A program made the translations under genes and the position numbers. Shown in pieces: positions 42,209 to 51,899 of a stretch of DNA of 64,000 bases (its first letter is position 1; every line of letters begins with the position of its first letter). The stretch comes from an uncultured Spirochaetota bacterium (GTDB taxonomy: Bacteria > Spirochaetota > Spirochaetia > SZUA-6 > Fen-1364), in NCBI GenBank assembly GCA_963781885.1, contig CAWAHW010000001.1:160001-224000 (forward strand), given 5' to 3'. Below the pieces are notes generated by a model. The model was not told the DNA's origin, did not search any database, and saw only the letters and a list, made by a program, of their open reading frames with translations.

Positions 42209-42273
42209 GCGCGCTTACCCCGATCCGATTCTCGACAGCGGTGCCGCCAATCTTGAATGATGGCCCCGTTCCG

Positions 42274-43929
42274 TCATTTGTGCGTCATCACTTCCACCCC
42301 GTCCCAGGCCTCCGGCGGGGGCGTCTTCGCGTAACCCCTGCTCCTCTCCAGGAGCATCGCGGCGATCGGGTCGCGCGGCATGAGCTTCAGCGCGTCCTTG
42401 AAATACCCCGCGGCCCGGGAGAAGCTCCTGTCATAGTACTCCGCCATGCCAAGATTGTGCAGACCCCACGCCTCCTTCTCCGCGGCGGAGAGGTCTCTCC
42501 GGGCGGTGTAGATCTTCACCCCCTGCTTCTTGCCCTTCACCGCGACGGTGTCGAGCAACCGGCAGGGGACGGACTCCTTGATGGAGCGGTGGAGGCTTTC
42601 CGCGAAAAGCAGGTCCTGGTAATAGGTCTTCGTGAGCCCGGCAAGCCGGGAAGCGAGGTTCACCGGGTCGCCAATGACGGTGTAGCTCATCTTCGTTTCG
42701 GTGCCGATGGTCCCGAACGTGACGAGGCCCCGATTGATGCCGACGCTCACGGAAAAGGGACGGTGGCCCGCCGCGGTGCGGCGTCGGTTGAAATCGCGCA
42801 GCGCCTCGGTCATCTCGATGCCGGCAAGCACCGAGCGCAGCGCGTCGTCCTCCCGCTTGACCGGGGCGCCGAAGAACGCCATGACCGCATCCGTGATGTA
42901 CTTGTCCACCATGCCGCCGCGCGCCTGAATGGTGTCCACCATGGCACGGAAGTACGGCTCCAGGGACTGGACGAGCTCGTCGGGCCGCAGCGCGGTGGAG
43001 ATCTCCGCGTAGTTGGTGATGTGGGAGAACATGACGGAGAGAATGCCTTCGTCGCCGCTTACCTTGCTCTCGTTCGCCTGCACCTGCTTGATGACGTCTT
43101 CGGGCACGTACTGGCGGAAGACCTCCTTTATTTTTCGTTCGCGCATGCGCGACACGGCCGCCTTCAGCGCGTACGCCTTGATCTGCCGGTAGGCCGCGTC
43201 GAGGCCGTCCACCATGATGTTGAATGTCTGCGCGAGCTGACCGATCTCGTCGTGGTATTCCACCACCACCCGCTTCGACAGGTCGTTGGTGGAGATGATG
43301 TCCTGCATGGTCGATGCGACGCGGCGCAGCGGCCGGGTGAGGTAACCGGAAAAAAGCAGCACGAGGATCACCCCGCCCAGGATGGCCGCCGCGAGGATGA
43401 TGCCCGTGCGGATGGCGATCTGGTTCACCTGGTCGTAGAACGCGGCCCGCTCCTCGCTCACCACCATGTACCAGCCAAAGGGATCGAACCAGAAGCCCTG
43501 GGCCACGCGGGCCTTTCCCCCGATGGAGACCGTGACCAGGTCGGCGCTCTTCTTCGCGGCAAGCGCGGAAAGCCGCTGCTGCTCGCCGGGCTGGAGCGTC
43601 ACGTCGCTCGTGCTCATCAGCACGGCGCCATCCGGTCCCGTGGCAAGGATGAGCTCCGTGGCGCTCCGCACGATGCTGCGCGCGTAGCCTTCCACGGCCT
43701 GCTGGGTGGCGGAGACCATCTCGGGTTTACCCGTGAGGTTGTTGTCCACCAGGAGCCGCCACTGGCTCTGTGCCTGGGTCTGCAACTCCTCCGACTTGAA
43801 GCCGAGGAAGTCTTTGGCGATGCGCGTGATCCCGTTGGATGCGGAGAAATAACTGCTCACGCCGGTGAGGGCGAGGGTTGCCACGACCAGGGGCACGACG
43901 ATCAGCACGATTTTCAGCCGTATGCTCAC
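42274..43929 (-). CDS. Class III adenylyl cyclase, 2TM-sensor-HAMP-cyclase (C2-like half)
   Basis: HAMP DEIGQLAQTFN. VDKYITDA, YTVIGDPVNLASRL and VKGKK are present. The first metal Asp is replaced (FSHITNY). Confidence 0.9.
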   Translation of the reverse strand: MSIRLKIVLIVVPLVVATLALTGVSSYFSASNGITRIAKDFLGFKSEELQTQAQSQWRLLVDNNLTGKPEMVSATQQAVEGYARSIVRSATELILATGPDGAVLMSTSDVTLQPGEQQRLSALAAKKSADLVTVSIGGKARVAQGFWFDPFGWYMVVSEERAAFYDQVNQIAIRTGIILAAAILGGVILVLLFSGYLTRPLRRVASTMQDIISTNDLSKRVVVEYHDEIGQLAQTFNIMVDGLDAAYRQIKAYALKAAVSRMRERKIKEVFRQYVPEDVIKQVQANESKVSGDEGILSVMFSHITNYAEISTALRPDELVQSLEPYFRAMVDTIQARGGMVDKYITDAVMAFFGAPVKREDDALRSVLAGIEMTEALRDFNRRRTAAGHRPFSVSVGINRGLVTFGTIGTETKMSYTVIGDPVNLASRLAGLTKTYYQDLLFAESLHRSIKESVPCRLLDTVAVKGKKQGVKIYTARRDLSAAEKEAWGLHNLGMAEYYDRSFSRAAGYFKDALKLMPRDPIAAMLLERSRGYAKTPPPEAWDGVEVMTHK

Positions 43930-45590
43930 GAGGCCCTCGGAAGGTCCATGCCGTTCCAGCTCTCCGGGGGAGGCGATTTTTCGAACCGCGCGCAGCGCTC
44001 CAGGAACATCGCGGCAAGCTCATCCCCCGGCAGGGCCTTCACCACGTCGCGGAAGTACCCCGCGGCGCGGGAGAAGTTCCTGTCGTGGTATTCGGCCATG
44101 CCGAGATTGTGCTGGCCCCAGGCGTCGATCTGCCGCGCGTCGAGCGTCCGGCGCGCCGTGTAGATCTTGATCACCCCCGCGGAGGAGACCGGCACCCAGT
44201 CGAGGAGACGGCAGGGGATCTGGTCATGGACGGAGCGATGGAGGCTCTCCGAGAAGATGAGCGGCTGGTGGTAGATCTTCGTGAGCCCCTCGAAATGCTC
44301 GGCGAGCTCCGCCATGTCGCCGATGACCGTATATTCCTTCTTCTTCTCCGTCCCGATGTTGCCGATGGTCACCATGCCGTAGTTGACCCCGACGCCGATG
44401 CGAAACTCCGGCATGCCCGCCGCCTTCTGCCCGACGTTGAAGCCGTCCAACGCCTCGATCATCTCCACGCCCGCACGCACCGATTCCAGCGCGAAGCTCG
44501 ATTTCGCGGCCGGATCCGCCTGCGCGCCGAAGAATGCCTTGATGGCATCGCCGATGTATTTGTCCACGATGCCGTCGCGCTTCATGATGATCGCCACCAT
44601 GGTGTCGAAGTAGCGGTTGAGGGAATGCACGAGCTCGTCGGGCTTCATGCTCTCGGAGATCGTCGTGAAGCTGCGGATATCGGAGAAAAGCACGGAAAGC
44701 ACGCGGTTGTCGCCGACCAGGGTGTCCTCGGGGTTGGCGAAGTACTGGTGGATGACATGCTCGGGCACGAACTTGCCGAACAGGGTCTGCGTGCGCTTCT
44801 CCTGCCTCTGTGCCACGACTGCCTTGAACGCGAATCCCTTGATCTGCCGATAGGCCTCGTTCAGGCGCTCGATCATGAGGTTGAAGGTCTGGGCGAGCTG
44901 TCCGATCTCGTCGTCGTATTCGACGACCACCCGCGCGGAGAGATCGTTCGTGGAGATGATGTCCCGCATCGTCTTCATCACCCGCCGCAGCGGCCGCGTG
45001 AGGTAGCCGGCAAAGACGAGCACCAGGAGCACGCCGATGAGGATGGAACCGGCCAGGATGATGCCCGTGCGCACGGCGATCTGGTTCACCTGGTCGTAGA
45101 ACGCGGCGCGCTCCTCGCTCACGACCACGTACCAACCGAAGGGATCGAACCAGAACGGCTTCGCCACGCGCGAGGCTCCGCCGATGGAGATATTCACGAG
45201 GTCCGTGCTTTTTGCCGCCGCCAGGGCGGCGAGTGACTGCTGCTCACCGGCCTGGTAGGAGACCGGCGAGCTGCTCATCGCGAGCGTGCCATCCGCGGTG
45301 ACCGCGACGATGAGCTCCGTGCGGCTGCGCACGATGCTGCGGGCATAACCTTCCACGGCGGCCTTTGTCGCCGCCACCATCTCCGGCTTGCCGGTGAGAT
45401 TGTTGTCCACGAGCAGGCGCCACTGGCTTTCGGCCTGGTTCTGCAGCTCGAGCGCCTTGAAACCGAGGAACTCTTTTGCGATGCGGGTGATGCCGTTGGA
45501 TGCGGAGAAATAGCTGCTCACCCCCGTGAGGGCGAGGGTGGCGACGATCAGGGGCACGACGATGAGGATGATCTTGAGACGGATGCTCAT
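43926..45590 (-). CDS. Class III adenylyl cyclase, 2TM-sensor-HAMP-cyclase (C1-like half)
   Basis: FSDIRSFT and VDKYIGDA are present. NxxxR is replaced (GDMAELAEHF). Confidence 0.9.
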   Translation of the reverse strand: MSIRLKIILIVVPLIVATLALTGVSSYFSASNGITRIAKEFLGFKALELQNQAESQWRLLVDNNLTGKPEMVAATKAAVEGYARSIVRSRTELIVAVTADGTLAMSSSPVSYQAGEQQSLAALAAAKSTDLVNISIGGASRVAKPFWFDPFGWYVVVSEERAAFYDQVNQIAVRTGIILAGSILIGVLLVLVFAGYLTRPLRRVMKTMRDIISTNDLSARVVVEYDDEIGQLAQTFNLMIERLNEAYRQIKGFAFKAVVAQRQEKRTQTLFGKFVPEHVIHQYFANPEDTLVGDNRVLSVLFSDIRSFTTISESMKPDELVHSLNRYFDTMVAIIMKRDGIVDKYIGDAIKAFFGAQADPAAKSSFALESVRAGVEMIEALDGFNVGQKAAGMPEFRIGVGVNYGMVTIGNIGTEKKKEYTVIGDMAELAEHFEGLTKIYHQPLIFSESLHRSVHDQIPCRLLDWVPVSSAGVIKIYTARRTLDARQIDAWGQHNLGMAEYHDRNFSRAAGYFRDVVKALPGDELAAMFLERCARFEKSPPPESWNGMDLPRAS

Positions 45591-45758
45591 AGACGATACT
45601 CACAATTTCGGCACATCGAAGGCAAAGGTGGAGGCGCGCCCATCCCGGATAAAAATACCCGCGCTGTCGCGGGCGCGCAAGGGCTGGCGCGGGCGCCGGC
45701 GGACCTTGCGCGATTCCCCTTCCCGGGCCATCATGGCTCGCCCGGAAAGGATGGTGCC

Positions 45759-48700
45759 ATGCGTGCGCGCCCGATCGTCCTGACACTCGCAATGCTGGTC
45801 GTCTTCGACCTGACGGCACGCGTGAACGCCGCCGACCGTATTGCCTTCACGCCGCCCGTGGTCTCATCCGAACCGACGGGTCTCGCCGCAACCGTGGGTG
45901 ACATCATCGATCGCGCAACGGAGCTGATGGCCAGGGTCTATGCGCCGAGCTTCACGGTGCAGGCGGACGCGCGTCAGGCCGACTATGCCGCGGCCACCAT
46001 CGCCACGCAGGACAAGGAAACACTCACGATCGTCGTCTCCCTGAAGCGCGCGTCGGACGCCTCGACGACCCCCACGCTGGTCTGGAACGGACCCGAGACG
46101 CCGGATACGCCGCTCTGGCTCGCCCGCGCGGTCTTCCTGCTGTGGAGCTCCTTCCATGGTTTCCTCGCCGACCAGAAGGGCGCGCCCCCGGTCTTCGTCG
46201 ACGAGCTGCCCGTGACGGCGGTGAATCCGCTCGCCACGCCGCTGGGCATCGCCGTCACTCCGTCCGGCACCATCGGCGCCGCGCTCGCGCTGACCTGTGT
46301 GGAGCTCGACAGCACCTTCCGCCTGATGAGCGAGCCGGGCAGGTCGCTCGCGGAGCGCGCGACACCGATCTATATCGGCAGCGTGGCGACCACGCCCGGG
46401 GGTTCGTTCCTCATGAAGCCGAGCACCGGTCGCGACCTCTACCGGCTGCAGCCCGGCGCCGCCGCTCCCCAGCGCATGCCGACCGGCATGGAGCTTTCCA
46501 CCACGTTTTACTGGGCGGCGTACCCCGACGGCAGCGCCCTCCTCATCGACGCCATGAATCACAAGGCCTGGCGCGTGGCCCCGGGCAACAAGCGCCAGGA
46601 GGTTCCGCTCTTCAGCTCGCCCAACTCGTACCCGACCGCTTATGCAATCGGTCCCGAGGGATCTATCTGGGTCTACGACCCGCTCCTTCGCGGCGTGCAC
46701 GTCTACACGGGCGAAGGCAAGCCGCTGGACATCGTGCTTCCCCTGGCCGATCCGTCGACTGCCGTTGCCGCCACCTCCATGGACGTGGGCCCGGACGGCA
46801 GCTTCATCCTGTTCGCGAACAAGACCCTCACGAAGTACCGGCGCGACGGCCGTCTGGTCTGGTCGCTCACGACGCTCGAAGGCTCCGAAGAGCCCGACAT
46901 GCCGGCCACGGCAAGCATCGCGGTGGACTGGTCGCGCGGGCTGATCTACCTCTGCGACGTGCTCGGGAGGCGCATCGTGAAGCTGCTCGACCGCGACGAG
47001 GCTGCCGCGCGCGGCGCGCACGACGATTTCGAGGAAAGGCTGATCGCGCTGCGCGCGGCCGGGCCGGGCGAGGAAGCGCAGGAGGCGGCGGTGGCGAGGC
47101 TCTATGCCGCCGCGGACTCGCCGATCATGGCAAAGACGTGGTGGCAGAAGGTGGCCGACGCGGACCCCGACGACGCCGAGGCCGCGGCGCAGCTTCAGGC
47201 CATCGAGGTGGCGGATCTGCGGACCGCCGCGCAGGCGCTGGACGCCAGCGCGCGCGCCACCCTCGCCACAATCGGCATTGAAACCGCGCGCCTGAGCTAC
47301 ATGCAGGCGATACAGAAGTACGAGCTTCTGCTGAGCAAGGCGCCGGCGGACGAGCAGGCGCGGACGGCGATGAACGCCCTGAAAGACCTGTTCAGCGAAA
47401 ACGGTCAGGGCGCCGTCCCGCAGAAGCCCCTCACCGTGGGCGACATGAAAATTGCCAATCTTTTTCCTTCGCTCATGCAGTGGTACGGGTCGCATCCGCC
47501 CGGCACCGTGACGGTGTCCAACCCGCTTGCCGACCCGGTGGAGAAGGTGCAGGTGAGCTTCTTCATCCCTCAATTCATGGACCTGCCGGTGGAGTCACGG
47601 ACGGTCCCGCGGCTCGGCCCGGGGGAGAGTGCGTCATTCAACCTGGCGCCGGCCTTCAACCAGAAGGTCCTCGAGCTGCAGGAGGACATGACGACGCAGG
47701 TGCAGGTGACGGTGAGCTGGACGGCAGCAGGCGCCGCGCAGTCCACGACCCGCACCGGCAGCGCCACGATCTACCGCAATACCGCCCTCACCTGGACCGA
47801 CACGCGCAAGATCGCCTCCTTCATCACGCCCAACGAATCCACCGTGAGCGGTTTTGCCGCGCGTGTCTTGGCGTCCAGCGACACCGCTCCCCCCGCATTC
47901 CTTTCCAAGACGATATTCCAGGCCATGCGCATCTGCGATGCGGTTGGCGCCTACGGCATCGCCTATGTCCCGGATCCCGATTCCCCCTTCTCCAAGGCCC
48001 TCGGCAAGGCGGAGATCGTGGACACGGTGCGTTTCCCCCGTGTCACGCTCTACAACAGGACGGGCGACTGCGACGATACCACCGCGCTGCTCTGCTCGCT
48101 CTTGGAATCCGCCGGCGTGCGCACGGCGATCCTCACCACGCCGGGCCACATCTTTCTTGCATTCGACACCGGCGAGCCGGGGAGAATGCCCCCTACCTCA
48201 CGGGCGGCGCCTACGAAGCCATGACGCGGGCCGGGGAGGCGTGGATCCCCGTCGAAACGACCATCCTGTCGCAGGGCTTCATGGCGGCGTGGGCATCGGC
48301 ATCGGACCTCGTGCGGAAATACGGCCAGACGGACGGCTTCGAGTTCATCCCCGTGGCAGGCATGCGCGACGCGTATCCCGCGCTGCCGCTTCCGCCCAGC
48401 GCCCTCACCGTCGCGGAGCCGGGACGCTCGAGCGTGGACCATGCCTACGCCGCGTCGCTTGCCGGCTTCACCGATACCCTGTACACCGGCAGGCTTGGCA
48501 GCTTGAATACATCGCTTGCATCCCTCTCCGGCAGCGCGGCGGTCAAGGCGAGGGTGCAGATCGGAATCCTCGACGCTCTTTTCGGGAAGCTGCCGGAAGC
48601 GGAAGTCTCTTTCCGTAAGGCCATTGCCGATGAACCGGCCATGGTGTCGCCATACGTGAACCTGGCGAACGTCCGGATCCTGTCGCACGATCAGGCCGGA

Positions 48701-48970
48701 GCACTCCAGGCGGTGCAACAGGGCCTTTCGAAAAACGCCGGTTCGGCGCTCCTCAATCTGCTCGCGGCGCGCATCTACTCCGACAAGGGGGACACGGCGA
48801 GCACGAGCACCTTTTTCGCAAAGGCAGTGAAGGCAGCTCCCGACCTTGCCGCGCGCTACGCCGCCATGGTGCCGGGCCTTGCGGCAGCCGCCCGGGGTGG
48901 AGATTCCGGCATTCAGCGCGCCGCGCAGGCGGATGCATCGCCTGCGGTCCTGTGGGGAACCGATCAATAG
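45759..48970 (+). CDS. Large exported protein: NHL-like propeller, helical repeats, transglutaminase-like domain, TPR; frameshift at ~48180
   Basis: Signal peptide, GDCDD, PGHIF, WIPVETT. C-terminal TPR-like helices are in the 47480..48970 frame. Confidence 0.7.
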
Positions 48971-49034
48971 TTGACAGATTGATTTTTCAGAGCTACTATT
49001 GGATTAGTCCAATATCAATTGGATCAATCCAATT
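48971..49034 (+). promoter_or_regulatory. Sigma70 promoter with two tandem palindromic operators
   Basis: TTGACA 48971-17-TACTAT 48994. TATTGGA-TTAG-TCCAATA at 48997-49014 and AATTGGAT-CA-ATCCAATT at 49017-49034. Confidence 0.8.
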
Positions 49035-50051
49035 ATGGTCAAGCTTGTCAGTATCAACAGGAAATCGAAAACACCCGCTTACCGACAGATCGTCCAGCAG
49101 ATAGAGCTCGCCATCAAGCAGGGAAGGCTGAAACCAGGCGAAAGGCTGCCGCCGGAACGGGAGCTTGCAACAGGACTTGAGGTTGCGCGCGGCACGGTGA
49201 CACGGGCATATGCCGAGCTTGTCCGCCTGTCGCTCATCGACGTCGCGCAGGGCCGGGGCAGCATCGTCATTGCCGGCGACACCAAGGATGCCGTGGGGAG
49301 AAAGGAGCAGGCAGAGGGCCTGATCCGCCGGCTGATCGACTCGCTTGCACGTCTGAAATTCGGCTACCCCGAGATGCGCGCCATGGTGGACCTTGCAATC
49401 GCCGGACAGGAGGAGGCGCTTACCGGCCTGAATGTCGCCGCGGTGGACTGCAACCCCGAAACACTCGGTATCTTCCAGCGGCAGATCGGGCTCCTCTCCC
49501 GCGTCAGCATCCGCGCGTACCTTCTTTCGGACATTGCAGGCGATCCCGCTCCCGCGGAGCGTCTCCGCGATTTCGACCTCCTCCTCACCACGTCCACCCA
49601 CTACGGCGATCTTTGCGCGCTCGCCCCGGGCCTCGTGCGGCGCATCCTCCAGGTCACGGTTGCACCGAGCCAGGAGACGGTGATGCGTCTGGCGTCGGTG
49701 CAGCAGGGCGCCCGGATCGGCGTGCTCTGCGAGAGCGCGAAATTCCTCGCCATCGTCCAGCAGCGCCTGGCAGGGATGCACGTGAGCGGTTCGGTGGACG
49801 CGCTTTTCTGGCCGCGCGCGCCCGGGGCGCTTTCGGATTTTGCCTCGAACAGGCAGGTCCTCATCCTTCCGCCCGGCGGCCACGGCTCGCCGTCGCGCGA
49901 AGAGGCGCGCGCCCTGCTTTCCTTCTCCGAGCAGGGGGGAACGGTCATCGTCTTCGACTACCAGATCGAGAAAGGATCGCTCGTGTACGTTGAAGAGCGC
50001 GTGCGCGATCTGCTGGAGAGCCGGGCCGGCGCCGGAAGGGATGCCCGATGA
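49035..50051 (+). CDS. GntR-family transcriptional regulator
   Basis: PAYRQIVQQI...LPPERELA...VARGTVTRAY. Confidence 0.88.
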   Translation: MVKLVSINRKSKTPAYRQIVQQIELAIKQGRLKPGERLPPERELATGLEVARGTVTRAYAELVRLSLIDVAQGRGSIVIAGDTKDAVGRKEQAEGLIRRLIDSLARLKFGYPEMRAMVDLAIAGQEEALTGLNVAAVDCNPETLGIFQRQIGLLSRVSIRAYLLSDIAGDPAPAERLRDFDLLLTTSTHYGDLCALAPGLVRRILQVTVAPSQETVMRLASVQQGARIGVLCESAKFLAIVQQRLAGMHVSGSVDALFWPRAPGALSDFASNRQVLILPPGGHGSPSREEARALLSFSEQGGTVIVFDYQIEKGSLVYVEERVRDLLESRAGAGRDAR

Positions 50052-50485
50052 ACGCCCCCACCATCGTACTGGGCGTCATTGGCGCCGACTGCCACTCCGT
50101 CGGCAACAAGATCCTCGATGCGTTCTTCACGGACAAAGGCTTCCGGGTGGTGAATCTCGGGGTCATGGTGTCGCAGGACGAGTTCATCGACGCCGCCATT
50201 GAAACAGGGGCTGCCGCGATACTCGTCTCGTCGCTGTACGGGCATGGCGAGATCGACTGCGAAGGATTCCGCGGCCGGTGCGTGGAGCGCGGGCTGGAGG
50301 AGATCGTCCTCTACGTCGGGGGCAATCTGGTCGTGGGCAAGACGCCGCGCGCGGCGGTCGCGGAAAAGTTCTCCGCCATGGGTTTCGACCGCGTTTTTTT
50401 CCCCCGCGACGACCTGGAGGAAGCTGCCCGGCTTCTTGGCGAAGACATCCGTGCCCGACGTCAGGCAGTGGCGGGCCCTGCGTGA
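50048..50485 (+). CDS. glmS: Glutamate (methylaspartate) mutase S subunit, B12-binding
   Basis: GADCHSVGNK (DxHxxG), SSLYGHG, YVGGNLVVG. Confidence 0.93.
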   Translation: MNAPTIVLGVIGADCHSVGNKILDAFFTDKGFRVVNLGVMVSQDEFIDAAIETGAAAILVSSLYGHGEIDCEGFRGRCVERGLEEIVLYVGGNLVVGKTPRAAVAEKFSAMGFDRVFFPRDDLEEAARLLGEDIRARRQAVAGPA

Positions 50486-51899
50486 AACGCGTCCTCAGCG
50501 TCGACATCGGCTCCACGTGGACAAAGGCCGCGCTTTTCGGGCTTGACGGGGCTGCCCCGGTGCTGGGCACGACCCAGGTGCCGACCACGCAGGACGACCT
50601 TTCCCGGGGGTTCACGGCCGCCGCCTGCGCGCTGTTGGGGCTCGCTCCCGACACCCCTGCATCGCGCATCGGCGCGGAGCTTCCCGTCCACGTCTGCTCG
50701 TCGGCAAAGGGAGGGCTTGCAATCGCGGCCGTGGGCATCGTGCCCGACCTCACGGTGAGCGTTGCGCGACTCGCCGCGGCCTCGGCAGGCGCGCGGATCG
50801 CCGCCACGACCGCGTACAAGATCGGCGCGGCCCAGCTCGCGGAGATCGAGGCCGTGAAGCCCGACATCGTGCTTCTTTGCGGCGGTACCGACGGAGGCAA
50901 CGAGAGCTGCGTCCTGCACAACGCGCGCGCCCTTGCCGCAATGACGGGAAACGCGGCCATCGTCTACGCCGGCAACGCGGCACTGGGAGCGGAAGTACGC
51001 GGCATCCTTGCGGGCAGGTCGCTCCAGGTCGTGCGGAACGTGATGCCCAATGTCGGGGTGCTCGACATCGAGCCGGCGCGCGCCGCGATACAGTCCATTT
51101 TTCTGGAGCGCATCGTGGAGGGGAAGGGGTTGGAGGAAGTGCGCGCCACGAGCGCGGGGGATCTCCGGCCCACGCCCCTTGCCGTCTACGAGCTTCTGGA
51201 AGCAGTTGCGGCATCCGGCGCGGCGCCCCCCCTGCTCCTCATTGACATGGGGGGAGCCACCACTGACATCTACTCGCTCTGCCCTTCCTTCTCCCCGGAG
51301 GAAGGCACCGTGCTGCGCGGCATCGAGCCCCCCGGCTCATGCGGACCGTGGAGGGAGACCTTGGTCTGCGCGTGGGCGCCGCAGCGGCCGCGGAGACCGG
51401 GAGCGCCTATATTGAAACGCGCCTCAAGGAAACAGGGACACCGCCAGAGGCATTCGCAGCGTGGGTGCAGCGCGCCACCGGAAGCCCCGAGGTCCTCCCG
51501 GGGAACGAGACCGAACAGATGTTCGACGACATACTCGCGGAGGCATGCCTCTTCCATGCCCTCTGCCGGCACGCCGGCACCATGGAGGAAGTCTGGACGC
51601 CGGGAGGCAAGGTGCGCGTCCAGCGGGGCAAGGACCTGCGCGGCGTCGCCCTTATCGCGACAAGCGGCGGCTGGCTTTCCCGCCGGGGATCCAACGCGCC
51701 GCTCCTGCGCGCCCTTGCCGCGGCGCGGGGCGACACGCGCGCCGTGCGGCTTCTTCCCGCCGCGCCCCGGGTCGCGGCCGATGCGCGCTATCTCCTGCCC
51801 CTGCTGGGCAACGTCGTTTCCGCGTACCCGACGGAGGCAACCCGACTCGCCGCGGAGTGCATGGGAGCGCTCATTCCCGAGGAAACGCATGCGCGATAG
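50482..51899 (+). CDS. glmL: Glutamate mutase accessory/reactivating protein L; frameshift at ~51330
   Basis: DIGSTWTK, CSSAKGGL, GGTDGGN, PTP, DMGGATTDIYS. RTVEGDLGLR follows the shift. Confidence 0.88.

Noticed and set aside
48971-50050. Cobalamin riboswitch for the B12-dependent mutase operon
   Set aside because: The leader is only about 30 nt and is filled by operators. No B12 box is visible.
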